Shown here piece by piece: positions 11,801-19,560 of a stretch of 64,000 nucleotides of DNA. The notes beneath the pieces are model-generated. The model was not told the origin of the DNA. It saw nothing but the letters and a program-made list of their open reading frames with translations, and did not search any database. A program made the translations under genes and the position numbers. The DNA comes from Macrostomum lignano (taxonomy: Eukaryota), in the NCBI GenBank assembly GCA_002269645.1, contig NIVC01001659.1, forward strand, positions 124,001 to 188,000, read 5' to 3'. Each line of letters begins with the position of its first letter. The first letter of the stretch is position 1.

Positions 11801-14492
11801 CGCCGGCTGAAGTAGATGACGGGGTGCCCTTCCTGCGTGAGCACGGCGGCCACCGCCTTTTCACTGGCGTCTGTCGTCAGCGTTGTCTCTTTGGCTCGGT
11901 CATAAGGCTGGATGATCGGGCCGGAGCTCAGCAGCTTCTTCAGCTGGTGGAAGGCCGCTTCTTGCGCAGCTCCCCACACAAACTCCGCTCCCTTCTTGCG
12001 CAGCTGGTTCAAAGGCTCGACAACGTGCGCATAGTTGTTGACAAACCTTCCGAAGAAATTGCAGAGACCAAGGAACGACTCTAACTGGCGACGGTCGCGT
12101 GGCGCGGAGATCTCCATGATTTTGCTGACCAGGCCGGGGTCTGGCGAGATTCCGTCTGCGCTGATTCTGTAGCCCAGGAACTTGACTGTCTTGGCCCCCA
12201 GGTTGGATTTGGCGAGATTTATATTCATGCCGGCCGCCTGTAGGGTCTTGATTACTTCATCAACTTTGGCCTTGATACCCTCGGCAGATTGACCTCCGAT
12301 AAGGATGTCGTCTTGATAAATGACCTTGCCGCTTACGTCCTCGAGGGTGGTCTCCATTGCCTTTTGAAAGATGGCGGATGCTGACTTGAGGCCAGGCACT
12401 AGTCGGGTGTAGCGGAACAGCCCTAAAGGAGTTGCAATCGTGGTGACCTCCCTGCTCTTCTCCTCGAGCTCGATCTGTAAGTAGGCGTCAGATAGGTCGA
12501 GAGTGGCAAAGTCAGTCATTCCGGCAACGTCCGAGAAGATCGTTTCGACGGTTGGCATGGGGTAGGTGTCCCCGCACACCTGATGGTTGACCCCCGCTTT
12601 GTAGTCGGCGCAAATTCTGACATTGCCATTAGGTTTTAGGACGCAGACGATCGGGGACGCCCATTCGCTGCCGCCCTCCGTCACTGGCTCGATGATGCCC
12701 TCAGTCACGAGACGCTTTAGCTCCTGATTGACGCGGTCACGCAGGTGCAGCGGCACTGCTCTGGCTGCGCAGTAGAAAGGCTTGGCACCCTCAATCAGCT
12801 TGATCCTGGCCTGGAAGCCTTTCAGACAATCGAGATGTTGAACTACGGAATCCTGAGCACTGGCTGCCTGGCCTTCGGGTTCCAATCCAGATTGTCAAGA
12901 CCCAGCAGTCCATGTGACTTGCGCGCTGCTGTGACCACCAAGTCGACTGTGCGGAACTTTTCTTGGTCATCCCACGTGGCAGTGAACTCTCCCAGGGTTC
13001 TTATGATCGATCCGTCGAACTGTCTCAGAATTCGTCTGGATTTCCTCAGTGCTGGGCATCCAAGTGTCTCCCAGTGGCCCCGTGGAATGAGACTCACATC
13101 AGCGCCCGTGTCTACCTGCATTTGCAGCTCCTTGCCGTTGATTTTGACCTGCCGGAAGATGCCGTTCCGCACTCTGCGCTCCGGTCTGATGACGAAGACG
13201 TTGGCGGTATCTCGCTCCATCTCGGCGCCTTCGTTCTCCTCCCAGGTCTCTAGATGCACGGTGCGGGACCTGCATACGGCAGCGAAGTGGTTTTTCTTGT
13301 TGCAGGCGGTGCACCGCTTGCCGAACGCAGGGCATGCGCCTTGCTGGTGCAAACCGCCGCAATATTGGCACTTCGTCTTGCTGATGTTCCTCGGTGGTCT
13401 GGTGTCCGGCGCTGGCTGTGGGGGCGTGCCGCGCCGCCCTGCATAGGCGATGCTGGCCTCGGTGTTGGCAGCGGCCCCGGTGCTGGTGTTGTAGCAGCGG
13501 ATTTGCTCAAGTTGCTCAAGTGTTTGCAGCACCTCGTTCAGCAGCATGTCGGTAGCTTGCATTCTCTCCAACAGTCTATGTTTGTGGTCCACAGAGGCGA
13601 GTCCGTCCACGAGCCGCATGGTGATGAGCTCGTCCTCGCTTGACTGTTTCGTCCCGAGCTTCTCAAAGCTACACGTAGCCGCTGCTGCACGGAGTCGGCG
13701 GTAGTAGGAGGCGACACTTTCGCTTGGGTCCTGCCTGAGGGCGAGGAATTTTGCTCGTTCGGCAATATCGAGGCGCTTCTTGGGCCGGATTGTCTCCTTG
13801 ATGATGTCTCGAATTTGTTCAAATGTTTTTTCCTCCAGGCTGGTCGGGGCAGCCATGAGGGACAGCGTTCTCAGTGCCTTGAGACCTGCCCTGGCGAGGA
13901 ATAGATCGGTGATCTGCCGATCTTCTTCTGTGTCCGTCAGTTTCTTGGTTCGTGCGGCAGCCGCAAAGCTGAGCAGCCAGGCTTCGGCTGTGTCTGGGTC
14001 ATCCAAGTTTAGTTCGGAGTTGTTTGCTTGCGACGCCATTGTCAAGTCGCGCCCAGTAAACGATGACAAGGCCGCCCGTGGGCTTGGTTTGAGTCAAGTA
14101 CGAAGTTGTGTATTTGAGATGAGCGAATTATTGCAATGATTGTGAGATACGAGGTGGTAGGTGGCGAGACCAATATATAGGCTTAAAAGACAACAAGTAA
14201 GTGGGCTTAAAACTCAGAATCGATCACTACTGAATATTATCATGTCAAGGGGGAGAGAGAGAAAAAGTACGCAGAGCAGCGTACACCGGAGTAGGCCGGT
14301 TTGGTTAGTTAGGCTGGCTGGCTAGTTAGAGTTACTCATAATTGGACTCAGGTGAGTCAGGTGCAGTGCAGTACATCAAAACACGCCCGGCACCTCAGCA
14401 CCAACGGCTGCATGAGGAGCAACTGCCGATTCCTCCATGCCTGCCGAATCTGTGAGGGCAGCCACTCCGAGCAAAATCACGCAAAAAACTGA
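8838..14492 (+). CDS. Ngaro ORF1 (gag-like; N-terminal SAP, C-terminal CCCH/CCH zinc finger), split by Gypsy: 8838-9764 + 14403-14492
   Basis: Removing the Gypsy and one TSD copy restores ELCLSFNST|NGCMRSNCRFLHACRICEGSHSEQNHAKN* in frame. Confidence 0.9.
9765..10122 (-). repeat. Gypsy 3' LTR
   Basis: Identical to 14040-14397. Confidence 0.97.
10120..12885 (-). CDS. Gypsy pol (RT-RNase H-integrase)
   Basis: VRICADYK, YQDDILI, TDASEKAVAAVL, integrase HSGAHPG...CHTC, RVHMD, LVSDNA, SNGLAERMVQTIK. Confidence 0.95.
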   Translation of the reverse strand: MEPEGQAASAQDSVVQHLDCLKGFQARIKLIEGAKPFYCAARAVPLHLRDRVNQELKRLVTEGIIEPVTEGGSEWASPIVCVLKPNGNVRICADYKAGVNHQVCGDTYPMPTVETIFSDVAGMTDFATLDLSDAYLQIELEEKSREVTTIATPLGLFRYTRLVPGLKSASAIFQKAMETTLEDVSGKVIYQDDILIGGQSAEGIKAKVDEVIKTLQAAGMNINLAKSNLGAKTVKFLGYRISADGISPDPGLVSKIMEISAPRDRRQLESFLGLCNFFGRFVNNYAHVVEPLNQLRKKGAEFVWGAAQEAAFHQLKKLLSSGPIIQPYDRAKETTLTTDASEKAVAAVLTQEGHPVIYFSRRLTQAEARYSNIEREALAIVWAMERARQFLLGKRFTLRTDHRPLEFLFGTRQQLPKVANARLLRWAIRLMGFDFAIEYVRGTQIPHADALSRLDFADVPDDQAEAATHHHHLVHWAGESIIGWNELAEETKRDRLLADVMRRIAGNRWSGCSPAERPFKAIRHALTIDDSVVCYGDRPVIPSSLRSRVLELVHSGAHPGASSTRALVRNSVWWPGYCGDVEGFVRACHTCAKQRQSGHSSVHQWPADSEPWGRVHMDHAHVPKVGLLLVLVDAMSAWPEAVRVPDKSAATVRKVLQEVFARNGVPRTLVSDNAAEFHDEGLVSWLSRIGCRAVKTPPYHPQSNGLAERMVQTIKVASAGWDQQESYDAFLARILLNYRCVPHAGREFSPAQLMGRQLRNPITMRTAIRSEVWYAPRRGAIPEKAEFLAQKGSNTALIVRQGNRVTLAHLDQLRRHEPDNNEGGATATTDLNGNLRSEGAAKPADLPTVTPGSDGPPVSATSEQVENQPAASSVPSTPESGGHNRLAESRAGTDKATTAQRPSYNLRANRGVPPLRFEGGR
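12843..14039 (-). CDS. Gypsy gag-protease
   Basis: ATG at 14039 (MASQANN); CQYCGGLHQQGAC and CTACNKKNHFAAVC knuckles; aspartic protease QVDTGADVSLI. Confidence 0.95.
   Translation of the reverse strand: MASQANNSELNLDDPDTAEAWLLSFAAAARTKKLTDTEEDRQITDLFLARAGLKALRTLSLMAAPTSLEEKTFEQIRDIIKETIRPKKRLDIAERAKFLALRQDPSESVASYYRRLRAAAATCSFEKLGTKQSSEDELITMRLVDGLASVDHKHRLLERMQATDMLLNEVLQTLEQLEQIRCYNTSTGAAANTEASIAYAGRRGTPPQPAPDTRPPRNISKTKCQYCGGLHQQGACPAFGKRCTACNKKNHFAAVCRSRTVHLETWEENEGAEMERDTANVFVIRPERRVRNGIFRQVKINGKELQMQVDTGADVSLIPRGHWETLGCPALRKSRRILRQFDGSIIRTLGEFTATWDDQEKFRTVDLVVTAARKSHGLLGLDNLDWNPKARQPVLRIP
14040..14397 (-). repeat. Gypsy 5' LTR
   Basis: Identical to 9765-10122. Confidence 0.97.
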
Positions 14493-17128
14493 GCAAGCGC
14501 GCCGACACGGCGCGCGAAACCGATTTTACCCCTCCTGCTTTTAACTGCCTTGCTCAGCCCGCTCCCGTGCCCTGCATCGTCAAGCCTCCAGTGCGGATGT
14601 CCGATCTGACGCAGCCAGTGGGCGATCTCTGCATCGACGCCTGGCGCTCCGAGCTTGTGGGCGACCCCGACGCTGATTTTATTCTCGACGGCATCGAGAG
14701 CGGCTTCTCCATTGTCGATGATTTCGACTTTACGCCGTGTCTCTGCAGCAACTACCAGTCCGCCAACCGGAATCGCGACCAAGTCCAAGCTGTTATCGGT
14801 GAAGAAATCCGGCTCGGGAGGTACGTCCCAGTCGTGGACAAGCCTGCGATGGTCTGTCCGCTGGGAGCCATTCCGAAAGACAGCTCCGGCATCCGGCTAA
14901 TCCATGATTGCTCCGTCCCTCGCGGCTGCAGCCTGAACGATCACTATGCCCAACAACGGCGTCTCCGCTTCACCTCCGTCGACGAGGCCGTCAGGATGAT
15001 GCAGCCCGGCTGGTTTATGGCAAAGGTGGACATCGCGTCAGCCTACCGCAGCGTGCCAATTTCTCCGCAGTGCTACCAAGCCACCGGCATCCACTGGGAC
15101 TTCGGCAATGGCTGCTCAACCTTCCTGGTGGATACGCGGTTACCATTCGGCAGCAGAGCCTCCGTCAGCATTTTCCATCGCCTCACGCAAGCGGCCCGGC
15201 GAATGATGTGTCGCAAGGGGTTCCTGGCAACCGTCGTTTTCATCGATGACTTCCTCGTCATGGCCAGGACGAAAGCCGAGTGTGACAGGGCCTACCACGA
15301 GCTGCGCAACCTGCTCACCAGGCTTGGCTTCACCATCAACGAGAAAAAGTCGGTGCCGCCGACGACAAAGCTGCGATTCCTCGGCATTGACATCGACACC
15401 GTGCAAGCCAGTCTTTCCTTCCCAGCCGACAAAGCCGAAAAGCTTCAGCTTCTCCTTGACACCTGCCTCTCGCGGAGGAGCCTGTGCAAGGCGGAACTGC
15501 AGAAGCTGCTCGGGCACCTCAGCCACTTGTGCACTGCCGCCCAGCACGGGCGAACTTTCCTGCGGCCGCTGATCGAGCTGGTCAACAGCCTGGCGCATCC
15601 GTCCGACAGGGTCGGCGTCACGGAGGAGCTCCAGTCGCAGCTGAGGTGGTGGATGAACGCGTTGAGCACGCTGCCGCCTAGAGCTGCCTGGCCCTCGCGT
15701 CGGCCGGCTGGAGCGATTGAGTCTGACGCCTGTGACATTGGAGGCGGTGCTGTGCTGCATTTCGTCGACAGAGAACCGGTTTGGCTCTACATCGACTGGC
15801 AGTCCGACTGTGATGGCGCGTTCAAGGAGCTGCACATCAACCTCAAGGAGTGCGCCGCCCCGCTGGTTGCGATTCTGCAGCACCAAGAAGCCTTCAGCGG
15901 CTGCTCGGTTGCAGTCTACACTGACAGCACCGCCGCCTGCGGCATCATTAACTCGGGTTCCGCCAAGCACCAAGGTATTGCCGACCTGCAGAAGCGCGTC
16001 GCCCTGACCTGCATTCAACGCGACATCATCGTCCGCGCGCACCATGTGCCTGGCCGCTTCCAGCTGCTCGCAGACCCGCTGTCCAGAGCGCATGACCCCA
16101 GCCAGCTTGCCAACTTTCTGTTTCGCTTCTATGGCACCTGCTATGTGCCAACCAGCTTGCTTGCCTCCGCTTGCTTGAGCTCTGCCGCTGCCTCCCACCT
16201 TCTGTTTCAGGTCCGCCTCCTGTGGTCCCGGTTCCCGGCCTCTCCGCACCGGCACGTCGACTGCTCAGCCAAGGCTTCGCCAGCTCAACTCGCTCCGCCT
16301 ACGCCAGCCAGTGCGCGTCCTGGATGCGATTCTGCGCCGCCCACAGACTTCAACCGCTGTCAGCGCAGCCCGCCGACGTGTGCAACTACCTGGCGGAGCT
16401 GGCGAACAACCGGCTGTTCTCAGTCAGCAGCCTATCCTGCCACCTCGCCGCCGTGTCCTGGCTCTACAAATCAAACAGCGTGGCTGACCCGACGAGGCAG
16501 CCACTGGTTCAGCTTGCCCTGCGCGGCGCCCGCCGGCTCCTCGGCGCCGCCCCAAGGAGCAAACGAGCGTTGCGGCCGGCCGACCTGCAGCGGCTGCACG
16601 GCGTGCTGCGACCTGAAGAGCCCAGGGACTGCGCATTCTGGTGCGCCTGCATCGTGGGCTGGTGGGCCATGCTGCGGCGAGCCAACCTGTGCGTATCCGG
16701 CCGGTTCGATCCGCAGCGAGACCTCAGTGCGAGCTGCATCCGGCCGTCAAGGGCGGGCGTCATCCTCGTCATTCCGAGGTCGAAGACCAACCAGTTCGGG
16801 GCGCGCCAGCACCGAGTTTTCTTGCCGCAGCTCCCAGACGGACATCCACTCTGCCCGGTCACCGCGCTCCAGAAGCAGCTGCGCATTAACCGACCGCAGG
16901 ACGTCCAGCATCACTTGTTCAGTACCCGAACCAGACGGTCCACCGCACCGCTCACCGCGCGCACCTTCGCGAGGCGCCTGTCCGCAGCACTTCGACAGGC
17001 CGGGTTCGCCGAGCCAGCCAGGTTCTCTGGGCACTCGTTGCGTCGAGGTGGCGCTACATCCGCGGCGGAGGCCGGCATCCCCATCGATTCAATCATGCGA
17101 GTCGGTGACTGGGCAAGCAGCGCTGTAG
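14456..17128 (+). CDS. Ngaro RT/RNase H ORF (no ATG start)
   Basis: LGAIPKDSSGIRLIHDCS, KVDIASAYR, LPFGSRAS, VFIDDFL, FLGIDID; RNase H ESDAC, HINLKE, YTDS, HVPGRFQLLADPLSR. Confidence 0.92.
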   Translation, partial: GQPLRAKSRKKLSKRADTARETDFTPPAFNCLAQPAPVPCIVKPPVRMSDLTQPVGDLCIDAWRSELVGDPDADFILDGIESGFSIVDDFDFTPCLCSNYQSANRNRDQVQAVIGEEIRLGRYVPVVDKPAMVCPLGAIPKDSSGIRLIHDCSVPRGCSLNDHYAQQRRLRFTSVDEAVRMMQPGWFMAKVDIASAYRSVPISPQCYQATGIHWDFGNGCSTFLVDTRLPFGSRASVSIFHRLTQAARRMMCRKGFLATVVFIDDFLVMARTKAECDRAYHELRNLLTRLGFTINEKKSVPPTTKLRFLGIDIDTVQASLSFPADKAEKLQLLLDTCLSRRSLCKAELQKLLGHLSHLCTAAQHGRTFLRPLIELVNSLAHPSDRVGVTEELQSQLRWWMNALSTLPPRAAWPSRRPAGAIESDACDIGGGAVLHFVDREPVWLYIDWQSDCDGAFKELHINLKECAAPLVAILQHQEAFSGCSVAVYTDSTAACGIINSGSAKHQGIADLQKRVALTCIQRDIIVRAHHVPGRFQLLADPLSRAHDPSQLANFLFRFYGTCYVPTSLLASACLSSAAASHLLFQVRLLWSRFPASPHRHVDCSAKASPAQLAPPTPASARPGCDSAPPTDFNRCQRSPPTCATTWRSWRTTGCSQSAAYPATSPPCPGSTNQTAWLTRRGSHWFSLPCAAPAGSSAPPQGANERCGRPTCSGCTACCDLKSPGTAHSGAPASWAGGPCCGEPTCAYPAGSIRSETSVRAASGRQGRASSSSFRGRRPTSSGRASTEFSCRSSQTDIHSARSPRSRSSCALTDRRTSSITCSVPEPDGPPHRSPRAPSRGACPQHFDRPGSPSQPGSLGTRCVEVALHPRRRPASPSIQSCESVTGQAAL
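14483..14515 (+). promoter_or_regulatory. Predicted -1 ribosomal frameshift signal (A AAA AAC + GC hairpin) linking Ngaro ORF1 to RT
   Basis: Heptamer at 14483-14489 immediately before the ORF1 TGA; 7-nt spacer; stem GCGCGCC/GGCGCGC at 14497-14515. The RT frame is -1 and open from 14456. Confidence 0.75.
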
Positions 17129-17199
17129 AGCGGTACCTACCGCCTTCGGTTGAGCGCGGTGCGCCGCTGCGCCTGGCTTCACTCCTCCCCTCAACGTGA
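16171..17199 (+). CDS. Ngaro tyrosine recombinase
   Basis: STRSAY...WMRFC N-terminal domain; catalytic residues R (MLRRANL), K (RSKTNQ), HSLRRGG, GDW and Y (VERYL). Confidence 0.93.
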   Translation: MLELCRCLPPSVSGPPPVVPVPGLSAPARRLLSQGFASSTRSAYASQCASWMRFCAAHRLQPLSAQPADVCNYLAELANNRLFSVSSLSCHLAAVSWLYKSNSVADPTRQPLVQLALRGARRLLGAAPRSKRALRPADLQRLHGVLRPEEPRDCAFWCACIVGWWAMLRRANLCVSGRFDPQRDLSASCIRPSRAGVILVIPRSKTNQFGARQHRVFLPQLPDGHPLCPVTALQKQLRINRPQDVQHHLFSTRTRRSTAPLTARTFARRLSAALRQAGFAEPARFSGHSLRRGGATSAAEAGIPIDSIMRVGDWASSAVERYLPPSVERGAPLRLASLLPST

Positions 17200-17223
17200 C
17201 CTCCTCCCTGGTTTGGGATTTTT

Positions 17224-17700
17224 GGACTCGTTTCGTCCGCTGCCTTTGTCGCCACGCCTGTGCCTTCCCTCTTGCTGCTTTTGGCCCTGTTGGCTAAGGT
17301 TGCGATTTCAGGGGCCGGTTTTAACCGGCTCTGTAATCGTGTTTAGCCGACGGGGCCGCCCCCTCCGCCCGTCTGTGCGTGCGGCCCGCGCGTGTGCATC
17401 CCTGCCGCAAGGTGGGGTGCTGGGTGCCGGCCGGCAGGCGGGGGTGTTGGGTTGGGGGTGGGCGGCGTCGGCCCCCTTTTATTTGTGCGCTCACGCTCTC
17501 TCGTGCGCGCTGCGGGAGCGCTTTGGCTCGTAAAATTTTTTTTATTAATTTTCTTCTAATGCTTTTATTCCGTTGCTTCGTGACTTCCCTTTTAATCGCC
17601 TCAAATCCTAAAATATATTCGCTATCGCAGGACTCGTTTCGTCCGCTGCCTTTGTCGCCACGCCTGTGCCTTCCCTCTTGCTGCTTTTGGCCCTGTTGGC
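17224..17700 (+). repeat. Ngaro 3' repeats B1 (17224-17294), A2 (17295-17543), 86-bp spacer, B2 (17630-17700)
   Basis: 71-bp B copies identical; A2 identical to A1. Confidence 0.95.
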
Positions 17701-17850
17701 TAATGATCGGTTGCATGTGCAGGGACTCACACGGCCTTATATGCAAACAGCAAATATGCGTACTTAGCAGGGCGAGCTCTGGATGAATTGTCTTTGTAAT
17801 TGCGCAATGCATACAGTGCTTCATTCTCTCTGGTGCTCAGTGTATTTTAA

Positions 17851-18170
17851 CAGTCGAACTACCAAGAGGTCGGGAAAAATTCCCCCCCCCCTTTGACAAA
17901 TTTTTTTGCTGCGCCAGAACGGAGCAACGCAGGCACACGAAATTCAAGAACACGGGCTAATCTTTGTTGCGCACCTTCTAAAACAAGAATCAAGTCTCCA
18001 GCCCTCCGGACCGTCGAGATATTCGACGATTCTGCCAGAAGGTCAGAGCTGATGCAGACACGTGATTGACGTGTTGATGAAACTTGGAGGCTTGGCAAGG
18101 CTGCACTGAGGGGCAGGGCTGATTGGCGCCCAGGGGTGTACTGAATGCACTTGCGCTTATGGAAAAAAAT
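17851..18170. mobile_element. Partial copy of the TTAA-flanked foldback family (see 48621-49702)
   Basis: TTAA|cagtcgaactaccaagagg...gcaacgcaggcacacgaaattcaa matches the left end of 48621-49702. Confidence 0.75.
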
Positions 18171-18174
18171 TGTC

Positions 18175-18410
18175 AGAGCGGCGAGAATTCCTACTTGGTA
18201 GGAGAAAAGTAAAGCCTTGCCTTCCAAGACGGTCAATTTTTCTACAAAGTGAGAAACCGAAACTGCAGCAAGAAAAGCCGCCCAGAACAGCCGCGGCGTG
18301 TGCTCTTTACAGAGCATGAAGTCAGGGAAAAGATCAAAACACGGCATGTGGAGTCATGTCACATAGGAATGAAGTGCACCATTGGCCTCTTTACCGCGCG
18401 ATTTTACAGA
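18175..18410 (+). pseudogene. Ginger/GIN- or gypsy-type integrase N-terminal (zinc-binding) fragment
   Basis: LAFQDGQFFYK...PRRVLFTEHEVREKIKTRHVESCHIGMKCTIGLFTARFY resembles the FxxxDGxLYY...RxV...H...HxGxxxT...RYY pattern; disrupted. Confidence 0.4.
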
Positions 18411-18723
18411 GAAGAGTCGCTTAGAGCCACTCATGGGAATACATGGGCATGGGGAATGGGGTTTTAGGGTGGGGAGATTCTGCATGGGGATTTATTTTTT
18501 ACACCTAAACTTCGATAGAGGCATGGGGGTCTATCGAAGATTCGGTATATAAAATTTTTGAGGGGGGGGGGGGTCGAAGGGGGGTGACCAACCAAAGGAC
18601 AATGACCAATAAATACGAGCTTAGCAGGGCATTCATTCACCACATTAGTATTTAGAAACATTTAAAATTATTCCTAACTCATCAATAGAAAGCTTATTAT
18701 CAACATTTGAATATGATTGCAAT

Positions 18724-18781
18724 TTCTAATAACTTCAACGCGTTTCGCACGCCATGGTGCATCGTCAGGATTTTATTAGAA
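18724..18781 (-). ncRNA. Type I minimal hammerhead ribozyme (Penelope type)
   Basis: Minus strand: ttctaataaaatc CUGACGA U GCAC caugGC GUGC GAAA CGCG UU gaagttattagaa. Stem I 11/13 paired, 4-bp stem II, palindromic stem III. Confidence 0.8.
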
Positions 18782-18928
18782 CGATTTGAGAAAGTGAGAT
18801 TGATTGATCGTAACTCATCATTTTGCATCCTTGAAACACTCACTTAATCTTTTTGCTTCATAAAATCATTTTTAATACATTATTGTTCTTTGACCCGGAC
18901 GTCACAATCCGGATATCGCAAAGCTTCA

Positions 18929-19277
18929 GAGCTTGTGTTTCAGAGCTTGTGTTTCGGAGCTTGTGTTTCGGAGCTTGTGTTTCAGAGCTTGTGTTTCGGA
19001 GCTTGTGTTTCGGAGCTTGTGTTTCGGAGCTTGTGTTTCGGAGCTTGTGTTTCGGAGCTTGTGTTTCAGAGCTTGTGTTTCGGAGCTTGTGTTTCAGAGC
19101 TTGTGTTTCAGAGCTTGTGTTTCGGAGCTTGTGTTTCGGAGCTTGTGTTTCGGAGCTTGTGTTTCGGAGCTTGTGTTTCGGAGCTTGTGTTTCGGAGCTT
19201 GTGTTTCAGAGCTTGTGTCTCGGAGCTTGTGTTTCGGAGCTTGTGTTTCGGAGCTTGTGTTTCGGAGCTTGTGTTTC
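18929..19277. repeat. 14-bp tandem repeat (gagcttgtgtttc[g/a]), ~25 copies
   Basis: Directly visible. Confidence 0.95.
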
Positions 19278-19380
19278 TTTGATAGGATTATTTGCTTTTT
19301 TCTGTTTCAACTATCCGTAAAAGCAAAGGTAGTTCTTTCTCCCAGTTTGACGTGCGTTTTAGCGACACAAGCGCGCTTAT

Positions 19381-19560
19381 GCACTTCTGCCAATGCATGC
19401 TTATGCCAGCATGGAGCTCTGCGCACTTCTGCCAATGCATGCTTATGCCAGCATGGAGCTCTGCGCACTTCTGCCAATGCATGCTTATGCCAGCATGGAG
19501 CTCTGCGCACTTCTGCCAATGCATGCTTATGCCAGCATGGAGCTCTGCGCACTTCTGCCA
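19381..19560. repeat. 42-bp tandem repeat, ~4.3 copies
   Basis: Unit gcacttctgccaatgcatgcttatgccagcatggagctctgc. Confidence 0.95.

Larger units (their letters stand above)
9765..14397 (-). mobile_element. Ty3/Gypsy LTR retrotransposon (Mag-like), full length
   Basis: Identical 358-bp TG...CA LTRs; 5-bp TSD GCACC at 9760-9764 and 14398-14402; PPT ggggggaga next to the 3' LTR; TGGCG-type PBS; PR-RT-RH-IN order; two CCHC knuckles. Confidence 0.97.
8563..17703 (+). mobile_element. Complete Ngaro-type DIRS (tyrosine-recombinase) retrotransposon with split direct repeats A1...B1-A2-B2, interrupted by a Gypsy element
   Basis: A1 8563-8811 = A2 17295-17543; B1 17224-17294 = B2 17630-17700. ORF order gag, RT/RH, YR; no methyltransferase domain seen. 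TAA at both ends and at the B1/A2 junction. Confidence 0.95.

Noticed and set aside
18518-18549. Hairpin cttcgataga...tctatcgaag as a Helitron 3' end
   Set aside because: No CTRR terminus follows.
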